Under the pieces are notes generated by a model, which did not search any database, was not told where the DNA came from, and saw only the letters and a program-made list of their open reading frames with translations. From NCBI GenBank assembly GCA_963675515.1, contig OY776328.1:1890001-1922000 (forward strand): a stretch of 32,000 bases of DNA. The letters are read 5' to 3'. This DNA comes from Coprobacillaceae bacterium (GTDB lineage Bacteria; Bacillota_I; Bacilli_A; Erysipelotrichales; Coprobacillaceae). Each line of letters opens with the position of its first letter. The stretch's first letter is position 1. Below, piece by piece: positions 15,346 through 26,362 of the stretch. The translations under genes were made by a program, and so were the position numbers.

Positions 15346-16299
15346 CTACTTAAGTTTGGCTCCGCATTCGCCACAGAAATTGCTGCCGTTTGTCTTGGCC
15401 CCGCAATTCGGGCAGAAGTTCGGATATGTTCCGTTGTTCGAAGCTACATTGCCTGATTTCTGTTTTTCCATCTGGGATACCATTTCCTGTCCCATCATCA
15501 TTCCCATTTGCATCTGGGCCATGTTGGCAGCCATATTGTTCCCGGTACCCTTCTCCATCGAGTCGGCCAAGGCAACATTTTGATATTTCAAGACATTATC
15601 AACCATCGCCTGACCGGCCACCTTGTTTTGCATTCTGACAATCTCTTCTGGATAAGAAAAGCTTTCGATGCGAAAATCAGTGACCGTCAAGCCAATTTTC
15701 AAAAGATCGTAATCAAGATCACCCTTGATTCCTTTGGAAATCTTATCGCCATCAGCCTGCAGGTTGAACATGTCATGCCCTTCCTTGGCAATCCAGCTCA
15801 TCAGCAGGGGATTGAGGATGGAAATCATCCTTTCCTTGACATCATCGACGAAAAATGTCTGGCGGATTCCGGCGACCTTTTCAATAAATGCATCACGGTC
15901 CGCAACTTTGAATGCGAAAGTCCCAAAGCAGCGTATCGGCATGCCCCCACTCAATTGAGGATGTTTAAGGTTCAATGGGTTTTTGGTTCCCCACTTTACC
16001 AGAAACTCCTTGGTGTTTATAAAGACAACTTCGGCTCTCAAAGGTGTGTTGAATCCGAATTTGAATGACTTCAAAGTTGTCAAAAATGGAATTATCTGCG
16101 ATTCGATATCAAATGACCCGGCGTCCTCGAATATCCCCTCAATCTTGCCGTTATACAGGAATATCGCATCCTGACCAGGACGGATGATCAGCCTGGAGTC
16201 TTTTTTCAACTCGTTGTTCTGCCATTTGAAAAAAATCACATCGTCGCGGGTTTCATTCCACTCGACGACACTTTGAAATTGATTTGCGAACAAAGCCAT
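15346..16299 (-). CDS. SPFH/Band-7 domain protein with C-terminal zinc ribbon (YdjI-like)
   Basis: 317 aa. Overall pattern of COG4260-type SPFH proteins. C-terminal CPNCGAKTNGSNFCGECGAKL. The start ATG overlaps the pspA stop (TAATG). Confidence 0.88.
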   Translation of the reverse strand: MALFANQFQSVVEWNETRDDVIFFKWQNNELKKDSRLIIRPGQDAIFLYNGKIEGIFEDAGSFDIESQIIPFLTTLKSFKFGFNTPLRAEVVFINTKEFLVKWGTKNPLNLKHPQLSGGMPIRCFGTFAFKVADRDAFIEKVAGIRQTFFVDDVKERMISILNPLLMSWIAKEGHDMFNLQADGDKISKGIKGDLDYDLLKIGLTVTDFRIESFSYPEEIVRMQNKVAGQAMVDNVLKYQNVALADSMEKGTGNNMAANMAQMQMGMMMGQEMVSQMEKQKSGNVASNNGTYPNFCPNCGAKTNGSNFCGECGAKLK

Positions 16300-16982
16300 T
16301 ATTGAATCCCCATTTCCGCCTTCAACGCTGCAAGTTCGTCATCAACGTCCTGGCTGACTTCCGTGTCCTGGTATTTTTCTTTCAAAGATTCGACATCCTG
16401 GTCCTGGGTTGATGATGACAATTCTGCCAATGCCTCGGCCTTGGCAACTTCCTGATTGATCCGGTCTTCAATGTTTTCAAAAGATTCCATTGCAGTAGAA
16501 CCGGCATATTTCCCGGACATGTCGGCCATTTTCTCCTGAGTCTTTGCCATTTTCAATTTCGATTTGAGCATGTCACGTTTTTGTTCAAGCATCGAGATGT
16601 CACTGAAAAGCTTATCGTGCATCTGGCGCATTTTGACCGCATTCTGGTCAAATATGGCCGCTTCCTTTTTCAATGATTCCAATTTTCCCTGCGATTGGAC
16701 CTTCTTTGCCAAAAATATCTTTGCGTCGCTGTCATTATTATCCTTGACAGCCTTTTTAGCATATTCGGTAAGGTTGGCGATGTCCTGTTCACACTCCACA
16801 ACTTCCCTGGCGGCGTTTTTCGCCTGCGCGAGCACCACTGCAGTCTCGCTTTTGACCTGTTGATAGTCGCTTCTCATGTCTCTTAAATACTCGTCAATCA
16901 TTTTTTCGGGATCTTCGGCCTTGTCAAGTAAAGCGTTGATATTGGCCGACATGATGTCCGAAAATCTCTTTAAAATACCCAT
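16299..16982 (-). CDS. pspA: PspA/IM30-family phage shock protein A
   Basis: MGILKRFSDIMSANINALLDKAEDPEKMIDEYLRDM N-terminus, coiled-coil composition, 227 aa. GGAGG SD. Confidence 0.92.
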   Translation of the reverse strand: MGILKRFSDIMSANINALLDKAEDPEKMIDEYLRDMRSDYQQVKSETAVVLAQAKNAAREVVECEQDIANLTEYAKKAVKDNNDSDAKIFLAKKVQSQGKLESLKKEAAIFDQNAVKMRQMHDKLFSDISMLEQKRDMLKSKLKMAKTQEKMADMSGKYAGSTAMESFENIEDRINQEVAKAEALAELSSSTQDQDVESLKEKYQDTEVSQDVDDELAALKAEMGIQ

Positions 16983-17020
16983 AGTTATTTCCTCCTTGGA
17001 TAAAGTATCATTCTACTCAA

Positions 17021-17049
17021 ATTATAGCACAGCCACTATGTAACAACAA
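17021..17049 (-). promoter_or_regulatory. Putative sigma-A-type promoter of the pspA module
   Basis: The minus strand reads TTGTTG, a 17-nt spacer, then TGcTATAAT (rc of 17021-17029). Confidence 0.4.
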
Positions 17050-17141
17050 GTGAATTAATCGTTGCGAAAATGGAAGGTCAATGTGAAAAAGCCCGAATTG
17101 ATCGATTCAATCAACGCAGCCTAAAAAATAAAAAATAACAT

Positions 17142-17170
17142 TTGCATTTATCCGATATTTTAAGTATAAT
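17142..17170 (+). promoter_or_regulatory. rpsT promoter
   Basis: TTGCAT (17142-17147), a 17-nt spacer, TATAAT (17165-17170). An A-tract UP-like element lies at 17121-17140. Confidence 0.6.
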
Positions 17171-17200
17171 ATAGTGGCATATAAACGGAGGTGAATACTA

Positions 17201-17461
17201 ATGGCAAACATGAAACAACAAATTAAACGTTATAAAACTGATAACATCAAAAGAGCAAAAAACGCTTCATTTAAATCTTCATTAAAAACAGCAATCAAAA
17301 AAGTCAACGCTGCTGTTGAAGCTGGAAATAAAGAAGAAGCTGTTGCTGCATTCAATGCGGCTGCTTCAAAATTGGATGCATCTGTAACTAAAGGAATCAA
17401 CCACAAAAATACTGCTAGCAGAAAAAAATCTAGATTAGCAAAATTAGTTAACTCTATCTAA
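17201..17461 (+). CDS. rpsT: 30S ribosomal protein S20
   Basis: 86 aa, [26 protein letters not shown]... GGAGG SD. Confidence 0.97.
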   Translation: MANMKQQIKRYKTDNIKRAKNASFKSSLKTAIKKVNAAVEAGNKEEAVAAFNAAASKLDASVTKGINHKNTASRKKSRLAKLVNSI

Positions 17462-17478
17462 TCGATAGAGTTTTTTTT
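17450..17478 (+). terminator. rpsT rho-independent terminator
   Basis: AACTCTATC (17450-17458) pairs with GATAGAGTT (17464-17472), followed by a T-run to 17478. Confidence 0.8.
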
Positions 17479-17533
17479 ATAGACCGAATCACAACAATCG
17501 CGCCTCAAAAAAAAGAGGTCCAATGGAGGATAT

Positions 17534-19312
17534 ATGAAAAGAAAAGATATTTCAACCCAATACACATTCGATTTGACTACAATTTATCCTGACATCCAAT
17601 CATTCCATTTTGATTATGAATCGGCAGTGAAATTCAAGGAAACTCTAAAGGAAGCAAGGGATTCTTTCACAGGCTCAAGCGATAGTTTCTTCTCGTTTTT
17701 GAAGAACCAGGACGAGTATTCCAAAACGCTTGAGAAGCTCTATACTTACTGCCATCTGGCATGCGATGTCGAGCCGGAAAACCAGGAACTCCAGAGCCTG
17801 ATGGCTCAGGTGATGTCTTTGGCCAACCAGGGCAATGTCGAGCTCAATTTCATCGACAGTAAGATAATTGAAGCCAGTGATCCAGTCACCACATATCTCC
17901 AGGAAGACCGCTTCGCTCCATACCGTTATGCCATCAATGAAATAATCAAATTCAAGGAACACCTCCTTAGCGAAGACAACGAACAGCTCATCGCCCAGTT
18001 CGACGCCATCAGCTCGCTGTCATCGAAAGTCTTTGACACGATCCGCTTCGATTTCGAACCGGTCGAAGTCGACGGCAAGAAGGAATTCTTGAACGCAGCC
18101 ACTCTGACCCGTTTCCTTAAAAATAAGGATCGCAGGGTCCGGAAACAGGCCTACCATAATTTCTTCCAGGAATACCGCAAGTTCGAAAACACATTTGCCA
18201 CAACTCTGGCTGGAATCATGAAAAAGGATGCCATCTATGCGAAGATCAGGAAGTTCGATTCGCCCCTGAGCGCTTCAGTCTACCACGATGACGTGCCTGA
18301 GGACCTGTTTTTCAAGATCCTGGAAATGGCGAATGTCAGATACCGCCCCCTGTTCCATCAGTACAACAGCCTGAAAAAGGAACTGCTAAGTCTCGATGAG
18401 CTGTGCAACTATGACCTGAATATCCCATTGGTTGGAGCCAGCGAGTACAAGGTGACCGTTGACGAGGCATTCGACATCATCAAAAGCGCCCTGGCGCCCC
18501 TTGGCAAGGATTACCTTGATATCATCGCCAAGGCGAAAGACGAAAGGTGGATCGACTTCTACCCCCACGAAAAGAAACGGGCGGGAGCCTATTCAGGTGG
18601 AAGCTATCTGACCAAGCCTTTCATCCTGATGAACTATGTCGATGACTACAACTCCCTGTCGACCCTTACCCATGAACTAGGCCACAGTGTCCACAGCTAT
18701 CTTGCAAACCACAACCAGGAATACGTGAACTCGAATTACCGGATTTTTGTTGCCGAAGTAGCTTCGACCGTCAATGAGACGCTGCTGATCAACCATATGA
18801 TCAACAACGCAACCAGTCCGGAGCAAAAAGCCTACTTCATCTATGAGCAGCTTGAAAACTGTGTCGGCTTGCTTTTCAGGCAGCCGATGTATGGCGAGTT
18901 CGAATACCAGCTCCACCAGAAAGCCGCGGCTGATGAACCACTTTCGTCGAAAACCATCACTGACATCTACACAAGTCTTTCGCAGGAATATTTTGGCAAA
19001 GAAGTCAAGCTCGATGAACTGACCGGCCATTCATGTTACTACATCCCTCACTTTTACTACAACTTCTACGTCTACAAATACACCCTGGGAATGACCGTCG
19101 CCCTGGCAATCGTCAAGCGGATCCTGGATGGCGACCAGGGGCAGGTCGCTTCCTATCTGGAATTCCTCAAAGGAGGGGGCTCAATGGCTCCGGTCGACCT
19201 GCTCAAAATCGCCCATATCGATCCATTGGACGATGGAATATACAATGAGGCATTCAGCTATTTTGAAAGCCTGCTAAGCCAATTCAAGGAGACAATGTAT
19301 GCAAAGAAATAA
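17534..19312 (+). CDS. pepF: Oligoendopeptidase F family (M3B) metallopeptidase
   Basis: 592 aa. HELGHSVH zinc motif followed by EVAS. Typical length. GGAGG SD. Confidence 0.88.
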   Translation: MKRKDISTQYTFDLTTIYPDIQSFHFDYESAVKFKETLKEARDSFTGSSDSFFSFLKNQDEYSKTLEKLYTYCHLACDVEPENQELQSLMAQVMSLANQGNVELNFIDSKIIEASDPVTTYLQEDRFAPYRYAINEIIKFKEHLLSEDNEQLIAQFDAISSLSSKVFDTIRFDFEPVEVDGKKEFLNAATLTRFLKNKDRRVRKQAYHNFFQEYRKFENTFATTLAGIMKKDAIYAKIRKFDSPLSASVYHDDVPEDLFFKILEMANVRYRPLFHQYNSLKKELLSLDELCNYDLNIPLVGASEYKVTVDEAFDIIKSALAPLGKDYLDIIAKAKDERWIDFYPHEKKRAGAYSGGSYLTKPFILMNYVDDYNSLSTLTHELGHSVHSYLANHNQEYVNSNYRIFVAEVASTVNETLLINHMINNATSPEQKAYFIYEQLENCVGLLFRQPMYGEFEYQLHQKAAADEPLSSKTITDIYTSLSQEYFGKEVKLDELTGHSCYYIPHFYYNFYVYKYTLGMTVALAIVKRILDGDQGQVASYLEFLKGGGSMAPVDLLKIAHIDPLDDGIYNEAFSYFESLLSQFKETMYAKK

Positions 19313-20366
19313 GACCAGATCAATCAAGGTAGGCAACATCATCATCGGTGGAAATGACCAGGTCATCATCCAATCGATGACCAACACAAAGACATCAGAT
19401 GTAATTGCCACAGTGGCCCAGATCAACGCCCTGGAAAAAGCCGGGTGCCAGATTGTCAGACTGGCATGTTTGAACCAGGATGACGCCTATGCCATCAAGC
19501 AGATCAAAAGCCAGGTCAACCTGCCCTTGGTTGCCGATATCCATTTCGACTACAAACTGGCACTGATCGCCATCGATTCGGGAATCGACAAGGTCCGGAT
19601 AAATCCGGGCAATATCGGCTCGATCGAGAACGTCAAGGCCGTTGTGGCGAAATGCAAGGAAAAAAACATCCCGATCAGAATCGGTGTCAACAGCGGTTCG
19701 GTTGAACGGGAAATCCTCCAGAAATATGGCGGTCCCACCCCTGAGGGGATGATCGAGTCCGCCCAGAAACACGTCGCCATTCTCGAATCGCTGGATTTTT
19801 ATGATTATTGCATTTCTTTGAAATCATCAAACACCCTTCTTACCATAAAGGCGTATGAGCTGGCCAGCCAGACATTCTCTTGTCCTTTGCATGTCGGGGT
19901 TACCGAAGCCGGAACATTGTTTGGCGGGACGATCAAATCCGCCATTGGAATCGGCACTATCCTCTATCAGGGCATAGGAAACACCATCCGGGTGTCACTA
20001 AGCGAAGATCCGGTTGAAGAGATCAAAGTCGCCCGGGCGATATTGAAGGAACTGCAGCTCATCGAAGGTGTCCCGACCCTGATTTCCTGCCCGACTTGCG
20101 GACGGACCCAGATCGACCTTATTCCAATCGCCAAGGAAATCGAGGATTTCATCTCGAATCTAGAAGCCAATATCACCATCGCAATCATGGGATGCGCAGT
20201 CAACGGTCCAGGTGAAGCCCGCGAGGCCGATATCGGAATTGCCGGAGGCATCAATGAAGGACTGTTGTTTAAAAAGGGTGAAATAATCCGCAAAATACCC
20301 CAGGAAAATCTCGTCGAAGAACTCAAAAAGGAAATACTCCAAATGATAAAGGACAATCGCCACTAA
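19299..20366 (+). CDS. ispG: 4-hydroxy-3-methylbut-2-en-1-yl diphosphate synthase (flavodoxin)
   Basis: Motifs [41 protein letters not shown]. 14-nt overlap with pepF. Confidence 0.95.
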   Translation: MQRNKTRSIKVGNIIIGGNDQVIIQSMTNTKTSDVIATVAQINALEKAGCQIVRLACLNQDDAYAIKQIKSQVNLPLVADIHFDYKLALIAIDSGIDKVRINPGNIGSIENVKAVVAKCKEKNIPIRIGVNSGSVEREILQKYGGPTPEGMIESAQKHVAILESLDFYDYCISLKSSNTLLTIKAYELASQTFSCPLHVGVTEAGTLFGGTIKSAIGIGTILYQGIGNTIRVSLSEDPVEEIKVARAILKELQLIEGVPTLISCPTCGRTQIDLIPIAKEIEDFISNLEANITIAIMGCAVNGPGEAREADIGIAGGINEGLLFKKGEIIRKIPQENLVEELKKEILQMIKDNRH

Positions 20367-20379
20367 GCGATTGTCCTTT
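20348..20379. terminator. Bidirectional terminator between ispG and nfo
   Basis: AAAGGACAATCGC (20348-20360) pairs with GCGATTGTCCTTT (20367-20379), a perfect 13-bp stem. Confidence 0.7.
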
Positions 20380-20380
20380 T

Positions 20381-21259
20381 CTATACCAATATTTCCTTGT
20401 CCCTTAACCAGTGTTCGAACTTGCCGCTGCGCAGCATTTCGATTTCCTTTTTGTAAGGAGGCTGGTTGTTGTGATAAGGCGTCTCAAGAATCATCGGGAT
20501 ATGTGAAACCCGGGGATTGGTCACGACTTTATGCAGGTTGTCGAACCCGATATAGCCATAACCGATATTCTCATGGCGGTCCTTGGCCATGCCAATCTTG
20601 TTTTTCGAATCGTTGATATGGATGCATCTGATTTTGTCGATACCCAGGATGTTATCAAACTTATCAAGGAATTCGTCGAATTTGGAAATGTCAACACCGC
20701 TGTCATGAAGATGGCAGGTGTCCAGACACACTCCCAGCAAGTGGGCATATTTACAATGTTCGAAAATGTATTTTAGCTGTTTTAGATCACGGCCAAGTTC
20801 GCTCCCTTTGCCGGCCATCGTCTCCAGGGCGATGACGACATTCTGGTCGTCACTTAGCACCTGGTTCAACCCGGCTACGATCGAGTCAAGGCCTGCCTCA
20901 TCACCGGCCTTGACATGGCTGCCGGGATGGAGAACGAGGGTCTTCGCTCCTATTTGTTCACAACGGTCAATCTCGATTTTCAAAAAATCGACCGCCAGTT
21001 GGTAAGTCTCTTTTTTTATTGTGTTGGCCAGATTGATTATATAGGGACTGTGGACGATTACATTATCCATATCGATATTGTTTTGAGCCATCAGTTCCTT
21101 GGCCTGGTCAACCTTGAATTCGGAGATATCCTTGCGGCGGGTGTTCTGGGGCGCACCAGTATAGAACATGAATGTATCGCTGTTGTAGCTTAACGCTTCC
21201 CTGACTGAGCCTAAAAGCATGTCCGGGGCTTTAAGGCTGACGTGTGAGCCGATAATCAC
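20381..21259 (-). CDS. nfo: Deoxyribonuclease IV (endonuclease IV)
   Basis: Motifs IGSHVS, LVLHPGSH, ALETMAGKG, CLDTCH, IHINDSK. Confidence 0.95.
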   Translation of the reverse strand: MIIGSHVSLKAPDMLLGSVREALSYNSDTFMFYTGAPQNTRRKDISEFKVDQAKELMAQNNIDMDNVIVHSPYIINLANTIKKETYQLAVDFLKIEIDRCEQIGAKTLVLHPGSHVKAGDEAGLDSIVAGLNQVLSDDQNVVIALETMAGKGSELGRDLKQLKYIFEHCKYAHLLGVCLDTCHLHDSGVDISKFDEFLDKFDNILGIDKIRCIHINDSKNKIGMAKDRHENIGYGYIGFDNLHKVVTNPRVSHIPMILETPYHNNQPPYKKEIEMLRSGKFEHWLRDKEILV

Positions 21260-22627
21260 CTATTCTTCCTCCGCCGCTTTCTTGTCACGTTGGGCTTGTT
21301 TGTATCGCTCCTTGCGCTGGCGCCGGATATCCTGCTTGATCGTGTTGCGCTTTTCCTTGCGGACAAGCTGTTCCACCTGATATTTGCGTTTTTTCTTGTA
21401 CCCAGGTTTGACTTTTTGCGGTTTTTTCACAATGGCCTGGACTTTTTTCTCCAATTCGGTCTGATGTTTTGGACGGTTCTTGCGTTTTTCCCGCAGTCCG
21501 GTTTCAACAAACTGTCCGTTTCTAAAGACCTGGTTCTTGAATTCGATCCCTTTGCGCTCAAGAATCGCCAGGTTTTCTTCATCGGTGCTGTCATACATGG
21601 AAATGCAGGTACCGGTATACTTCCCGCGGCCGCAACGACCTGATCGGTGGATGTAGAAATCACTTTCTTCAGGCAGTTCGAGATTGATTACATGGGAAAC
21701 ACCATCGATGTCGATTCCCCTAGCGGCAATGTCGGTAGCGACGATGTACTGATACTCCATGTTCTTGATCCGGCGCATCATCTGTTTTCTTTCCCTTGGT
21801 TCTAGATCCCCATGGATTTCCCCGACCTTATGGCCGTCTTCACGCAAAGCCTTGGCCACTTGTGAAACAGATTCGCGGGTGTTGCAGAAAATGATGCACA
21901 TGTAGGGGTCGAGCACCTTCATGATGTCCTCAAGCAGGTTGAATCGGTCCTTATGCTTCGTGTTCAGCAAGATGTGCTGCACGTTAGCGCTTGTCTTGAG
22001 ATGGTCGTCGATCTCCACGATTACCGGGCTGTCCATATATTTTTTCAAGAACGGACGAAGGTTCTGCGGAATCGTTGCCGAGAATACCATCATTTGGAGA
22101 TCGTCACGCATCTTTCCGGCAACCGCATCGATATCCTCGAGATAGCCAAATTCCATGGTCATGTCGGCTTCGTCGATGACGAAGGTTTTGGCGGTTGTAA
22201 TCGACAGTGCCTGTTCGTTTAGCGACAGGTCGCGGATCCGGCCCGGTGTCCCGATAACCACATGGGGTTGGGTTGCCAGCTTGCTTACCGCCTTTGCCTT
22301 GTCAAGTCCGCCAGTTATCAGCGAGACTTTTATTCTATTATCATATTTTGAAAAAAGTCGGGCATGGTCGTAAATCTGCTGGGCCAGTTCGCGCGTAGGT
22401 GTCGTGATGACAGCCTGAACCGACTCGTTTTCCAAATCAAGACCATCCATGATCGGCAACAGGAATGCGTGGGTCTTTCCGGTTCCGGTTTGCGAAACCC
22501 CGATTATGTCCCGTCCTTTTTTTACCAAAGGAATGACCTTTTCTTGAATCTTGGTCGGTGATTTGAAGTTGAGTTCATCGATTACCTGATTGCAGGAATC
22601 GTTGAAATTAAAATGTTTGAAATCCAT
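21260..22627 (-). CDS. cshB: DEAD-box ATP-dependent RNA helicase with basic C-terminal tail
   Basis: Motifs SQTGTGKT, PTRELA, IDEADM, SAT, HRSGRCGR. The symbol is assigned only from adjacency to nfo, as in B. subtilis. Confidence 0.9.
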   Translation of the reverse strand: MDFKHFNFNDSCNQVIDELNFKSPTKIQEKVIPLVKKGRDIIGVSQTGTGKTHAFLLPIMDGLDLENESVQAVITTPTRELAQQIYDHARLFSKYDNRIKVSLITGGLDKAKAVSKLATQPHVVIGTPGRIRDLSLNEQALSITTAKTFVIDEADMTMEFGYLEDIDAVAGKMRDDLQMMVFSATIPQNLRPFLKKYMDSPVIVEIDDHLKTSANVQHILLNTKHKDRFNLLEDIMKVLDPYMCIIFCNTRESVSQVAKALREDGHKVGEIHGDLEPRERKQMMRRIKNMEYQYIVATDIAARGIDIDGVSHVINLELPEESDFYIHRSGRCGRGKYTGTCISMYDSTDEENLAILERKGIEFKNQVFRNGQFVETGLREKRKNRPKHQTELEKKVQAIVKKPQKVKPGYKKKRKYQVEQLVRKEKRNTIKQDIRRQRKERYKQAQRDKKAAEEE

Positions 22628-22744
22628 GGTATACCTCCTTTTGATGCTTAAAGCATAATACCATCTTTAAATAATGATTACAACTTTTTTACAAAACAAT
22701 TTGAGTTGATTTGCAGTCATGATATAATGAATCGAGGTGAAAAA

Positions 22745-23659
22745 ATGAAAGTCATTCCCATAACACCCCGTGGCTATTGCAAAGGGGTTATCCGAGCCAT
22801 TTCAATGGCCAAAAAATATCGCGACTCTAAGGAGCCGGTGACAATACTTGGCATGATCGTCCACAACCAGTATGTGGTTGACGCCCTTGAGAAAATGAAC
22901 ATCAAAACCGTCGACAAAAAAGGCGCTTCCCGGGAAGATCTCGTCGACCTGGTCGAGAGCGGTACGGTCATCATTTCCGCTCATGGAACAAGCCAGAGCG
23001 TAATCGACAAGGCCTTGGCCAAAGGCCTGAATGTGGTTGATGCCACCTGTCTTGATGTGATCAGGACCCATGAACTGATCAAGGAAAAACTTACACAGGG
23101 ATTTGAAATCCTATATGTGGGAAAATCGGGCCATCCCGAAAGCGAAGGCGCAATCGCCATCGATCCTGCAAGGATCCATCTGATTACAAAAACGAGCGAC
23201 TTCGACAGACTCAATCCCGATAAAAAATACCTGATCACCAACCAGACAACAATGTCGATTTACGATATCTTCAACATCTTTGAAGCGGCCCAGGAAAAAT
23301 TCCCGGACCTGACACTCGCCGATGAGATCTGTGATGCCACCAAAGTCCGCCAGGAAGCAATCGGCAATGTCGACAAGGATGTCGACATAATTTATGTAGT
23401 GGGAGATCCCCATTCGAACAATTCCCGCAAACTGGCGCAGATCGCCCGGCAAAAGACCAAGGCCGCGGTTTTCATGATTGAAACCGTCCAGGACATCGAC
23501 ACCGATGATTTGCTTGATAAAAAGGTTGGTGCAGTAACTTCTGGAGCTTCCACACCAACCTATCTGACTCGCCAGGTGATCGAATTTCTAGAAAAGTTCG
23601 ACCCCAGCGATAAATCAACTTATGAAAAACCCAAAATTGAATTGGATAAAGTAATCTAG
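22745..23659 (+). CDS. ispH: 4-hydroxy-3-methylbut-2-enyl diphosphate reductase
   Basis: Motifs PRGYCKGV, HNQYVV, SAHG, NQTT, SNNS. Start at ATG 22745 with GAGGTG SD. The track extension to 22706 has no SD. Confidence 0.93.
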   Translation: MKVIPITPRGYCKGVIRAISMAKKYRDSKEPVTILGMIVHNQYVVDALEKMNIKTVDKKGASREDLVDLVESGTVIISAHGTSQSVIDKALAKGLNVVDATCLDVIRTHELIKEKLTQGFEILYVGKSGHPESEGAIAIDPARIHLITKTSDFDRLNPDKKYLITNQTTMSIYDIFNIFEAAQEKFPDLTLADEICDATKVRQEAIGNVDKDVDIIYVVGDPHSNNSRKLAQIARQKTKAAVFMIETVQDIDTDDLLDKKVGAVTSGASTPTYLTRQVIEFLEKFDPSDKSTYEKPKIELDKVI

Positions 23660-23673
23660 CGAAAGCTGGATTT

Positions 23674-24432
23674 TTATTTTACCACGAGATAGTCGCGGCT
23701 TTTGGCCGTAATAATATTTAGGTCGAAATGTCCAAGCAATTGAGCAACCTTATCTTCCATGATGACCTCAAGATGATGGGAAGCGTCAATGACCGCAAGA
23801 TTGAGCGCAGTCGCGTCCTGGGCCTGGTGGTATTTGCAGTCGCCGGAAATGAAGCAGTCCACCTTGCTTGAAAGCTTGTGGATGTCATCAAAGCCCGATC
23901 CGCCACAAAGTGCGACTCTCTTTATTTTCCTGCCAGGAAGCTCATTGTTTCGCAGATGTTCGAGATTGAAGCTGCTTTTGACAAGGTCGACAAAATCAGA
24001 ATAGTCATATTCCCCATCAAGAACTGCCATCTTTCCGATCCCTGCTTCATCGTAATTAATAATGTCGCTTACTGGCAGCTTCGAAATGAGCCAATAATTC
24101 ATCGAACAGCCTTCCACTCCCTTGTCAAGGTTGGTGTGGAAAGAAACAATCGTCAGATTGTGTTTCAACGCCTTTGCGAGCACCTTGGTATAAGCTTGAC
24201 TGGTATCATAGTTTTCAAACTTGTTAAGCAAAAAAGGGTGATGGGTAACAAGCAGCTCGCAGTCGCTTTCAATCGCCTTTTCGACAGCGGTCAGATCGCA
24301 GTTCAGGGAGACCAGGACCTTTGTGACATCATTGTCCAAAGATCCAATCTGCAAGCCGGAACGATCCCAGCTTTCCTGGATAGAAAAGGGGAAATATTGC
24401 TCAAGATAATCAACGACGGTCGAGATTTTCAT
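23674..24432 (-). CDS. Nif3-like dinuclear metal centre protein (short form)
   Basis: Motifs VTHHPF, SFHTNLD, SGDCKYH. ATG 24432. The track start 24435 is TTG. Confidence 0.85.
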   Translation of the reverse strand: MKISTVVDYLEQYFPFSIQESWDRSGLQIGSLDNDVTKVLVSLNCDLTAVEKAIESDCELLVTHHPFLLNKFENYDTSQAYTKVLAKALKHNLTIVSFHTNLDKGVEGCSMNYWLISKLPVSDIINYDEAGIGKMAVLDGEYDYSDFVDLVKSSFNLEHLRNNELPGRKIKRVALCGGSGFDDIHKLSSKVDCFISGDCKYHQAQDATALNLAVIDASHHLEVIMEDKVAQLLGHFDLNIITAKSRDYLVVK

Positions 24433-25126
24433 CAAGAACCTCCTCGATCATCCGGATTTTTTCGACAAGTTCCTCATAACGGGGATTAGTCTTTTCAATA
24501 TCCTTGACCACATCATTATACAAGCGGTACTGCCGGTTCCATTTTTCGACAAAAAGCGGTGACTGAACCTTAGAGAGAACCGGACCGAATTCGATATTGC
24601 GCAGATCAGCGAGACCCTTGAGGTCCCGGACACGCTGGGTTTCATCAAATATAGCGACGACCATCTCATAAATATGGTTGCCGTCCTTGACAATCGCCTC
24701 GTCGACAATCAGGTAGTTGTTTTCGTAAAGATACATTCGAAGGTGGTCGATATTGGCATTGGGTTGCAAAAACAGGACCTTGACATGTTGGAGATAATTT
24801 TTGTTTTCTTCCAGAATGTCACTGATCAGGTAAGAGCCCATTCCCGCAATTGCGATCATGTCGACCCTCTTGTCGATAATCGGCTCAAGCCCGTCACCCA
24901 TAAGCACCTCTACCTGGTTTTCAAGGTGGTAATACGCTACTGTTTCCTGGGCGCTTTTTACCGGGCCTGGTGTGATGTCGCAAGCATATGCTTTGTTCAC
25001 GACTCCCCTTCCCACCAGGAAGCAGGGCAAATAGGCATGGTCGGAACCGATGTCGGCCAGGATTTCTCCCTTTTTATATTTTTCAATCAGATCCGCCAGG
25101 GTTTTCAAACGATTAGAGAGTTTCAT
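24410..25126 (-). CDS. trmK: tRNA (adenine22-N1)-methyltransferase
   Basis: LADIGSDHAYLP and IAGMG motifs. Position between sigA and nif3 as in Bacillus. Confidence 0.85.
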   Translation of the reverse strand: MKLSNRLKTLADLIEKYKKGEILADIGSDHAYLPCFLVGRGVVNKAYACDITPGPVKSAQETVAYYHLENQVEVLMGDGLEPIIDKRVDMIAIAGMGSYLISDILEENKNYLQHVKVLFLQPNANIDHLRMYLYENNYLIVDEAIVKDGNHIYEMVVAIFDETQRVRDLKGLADLRNIEFGPVLSKVQSPLFVEKWNRQYRLYNDVVKDIEKTNPRYEELVEKIRMIEEVLDENLDRR

Positions 25127-25129
25127 GGC

Positions 25130-26362
25130 TTAGTGGTCCAAAAAGTCTTTTAACCGTTTCGAACGCGAAGGATGTTTCAGCTTTCTTAAAGCCTTGGCTT
25201 CAATCTGGCGGATCCGTTCGCGGGTTACATTGAATTCCTTGCCCACTTCTTCCAAAGTGCGGGTGCGCCCGTCATCTAGACCGAATCTAAGACGCAGCAC
25301 TTTTTCCTCGCGGTCAGTCAGCTCAAGCAGGACTTCGCTTAGCTCGTCTTTTAGCAGTTCGCTAGCCGCATAGTCATCCGGGCTCATTGCACCTTCGTCC
25401 TCGATGAAGTCACCTAAATGGGAATCGTCCTCTTCCCCGATTGGTGTTTCCAAAGAAACCGGTTCGAGCGATATTTTCTGGATTTCACGGACTTTTTGGG
25501 GAGTCATTCCCGGCATCTGTTCCGCAATTTCTTCAGCCGTCGGCTCACGCCCCAATTCCTGGATGAGCTGGCGTTGGATCCGGGTCAGCTTGTTGATTGT
25601 CTCAACCATGTGGACCGGTATCCGGATGGTCCGAGCCTGGTCGGCGATCGCCCGGGTGATGGCCTGGCGGATCCACCAAGTCGCATAAGTCGAGAACTTG
25701 AATCCTTTGGTGTAGTCGAATTTTTCGACTGCCTTGATAAGACCCATGTTTCCTTCCTGGATCAGATCCAAAAACAACATGCCCCGCCCGACATAACGTT
25801 TGGCAATCGAAACCACCAGACGCAAGTTGGCAGCAGCAAGACGCTTTTTAGCTTCCTCGTTGCCTAGAAGGATCTGTTGGGCCAGATGCACTTCCTCTTC
25901 TTGGGAAAGCAGGTCAACCCGGCCGATTTCCTTGAGATACATTTTGACCGGATCGTTGATCTTCACATTGGCACCAAGCTTGGTCCCGTCGTATTCATCA
26001 TCGGCTTCCTTGGTCGAATACATATTGAAAGTATCTCCGGTAGACAAGTCGAAATCACCTTCGAAATCCAGTTCCGGAATATCCTCTTCCATATCCTCAT
26101 CCATGTCGAAATCTTCATCATCTTCCATCAGATTGACATCTTCGTCATCAAGGCTGTCAAGTCCGTCAGCGATAGTGATGTTGTTCTCGGAAATGAACGA
26201 CAACAATTCATCAGCCAATTCATCCGACAAATCGTACGTTGACATGTAGTCATCTATCGCATCCTGCGATAATATATTGTTTTCCGCCTTGGCATCATTG
26301 AGAATCATTTCCTTCAATTCATCGAATGATAATGCCGCAGGTCTTTTAACTTTTGCCGCCAT
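25130..26362 (-). CDS. sigA: Primary RNA polymerase sigma factor
   Basis: Acidic region 1.1. Motifs [84 protein letters not shown]. Confidence 0.97.
   Translation of the reverse strand: MAAKVKRPAALSFDELKEMILNDAKAENNILSQDAIDDYMSTYDLSDELADELLSFISENNITIADGLDSLDDEDVNLMEDDEDFDMDEDMEEDIPELDFEGDFDLSTGDTFNMYSTKEADDEYDGTKLGANVKINDPVKMYLKEIGRVDLLSQEEEVHLAQQILLGNEEAKKRLAAANLRLVVSIAKRYVGRGMLFLDLIQEGNMGLIKAVEKFDYTKGFKFSTYATWWIRQAITRAIADQARTIRIPVHMVETINKLTRIQRQLIQELGREPTAEEIAEQMPGMTPQKVREIQKISLEPVSLETPIGEEDDSHLGDFIEDEGAMSPDDYAASELLKDELSEVLLELTDREEKVLRLRFGLDDGRTRTLEEVGKEFNVTRERIRQIEAKALRKLKHPSRSKRLKDFLDH

Noticed and set aside
19033-19248. Pro/Gly/Arg-rich 71-aa alternative-frame ORF inside pepF
   Set aside because: It is an off-frame artefact of a GC-richer coding region, with no start context.
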